From: Botryllus schlosseri
Lineage: Eukaryota
NCBI GenBank assembly: GCA_051294905.1
Contig: CM119377.1
Location: 11,222,001 to 11,286,000, forward strand
DNA length: 64,000 nucleotides
Reading direction: 5' to 3'
Shown: in pieces, positions 63,663 through 64,000 of the stretch
Numbering within the stretch: the stretch's first letter is position 1
Layout: each line of letters begins with the position of its first letter
The notes under the pieces: generated by a model
Database searches by the model: none
Seen by the model: the letters and a program-made list of their open reading frames with translations, nothing else
Told to the model about the DNA's origin: nothing
Translations under genes and position numbers: made by a program

Positions 63663-64000
63663 GAAAAGCATCGTGGTCCTATAAGGGGCCATGCCTCTCA
63701 TGTTGGCAACCCCGGCTCTAATCAATCTATCGAATAAGAATTGTAAGTGCAGGCAGGCAATCGCCACATACTCGCTTGAAGCCTGTGGCCACCCACAAAC
63801 TCGACCATCAAGCACTTCATTCAACTGACGAACAAAAACATACCAGTTCAGACTTTTTGTATTTGCCGCTGTTCAAGTCGTCTTCTAGATGTTCCAGTTG
63901 CAACAAGGTTTCACACGGATTTTCGATGACGTCTTCCAATAACACTGGGCTGTGAGGTCTTTTTGTGTGATTGTTATCTTGTTGACCTTTCATGATACCC
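63663..64000 (-). pseudogene. Unidentified coding-like segment running off the window
   Basis: Minus frames GIMKGQQDNNHTKRPHSPVLLEDVIENPCETLLQLEHLEDDLNSGKYKKSEL and LNEVLDGRVCGWPQASSEYVAIACLHLQFLFDRLIRAG, offset by a frameshift. Confidence 0.3.

Overview
Eukaryotic, AT-rich, intron-containing, transposon-dense animal DNA. It looks like a marine invertebrate, possibly an ascidian; that assignment is inference from gene content and intron style. Host genes, all on the + strand: (i) an 18-exon, phase-consistent PARP14-like segment (KH-like repeats, one Macro domain, post-Macro KH) from 151 to 30640, whose 5' start lies upstream of the window and whose WWE/ADP-ribosyltransferase end is not found intact; (ii) an NLR-type LRR exon array from 49000 to 54737, with no NACHT exon and no clear start. 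The last PARP14-like exon and the first LRR exon are in compatible phase (1 to 1), so the two may form a single Macro-KH-LRR gene. Between them lies a 16.7-kb nest of transposons up to five levels deep (pogo/Tigger MITE > hAT > Harbinger > Merlin-like > hAT). The Harbinger has a frameshifted nuclease but an open, five-exon MADF gene. Introns also hold two kilobase-scale palindromic transposons, tRNA-derived SINEs, Kolobok-like and Charlie/Buster MITEs, and an 18-bp site hit by three independent insertions. No CRISPR, rRNA or true tRNA gene was found. Exon and TSD coordinates were read by hand; family assignments come from motif recognition, not database searches.
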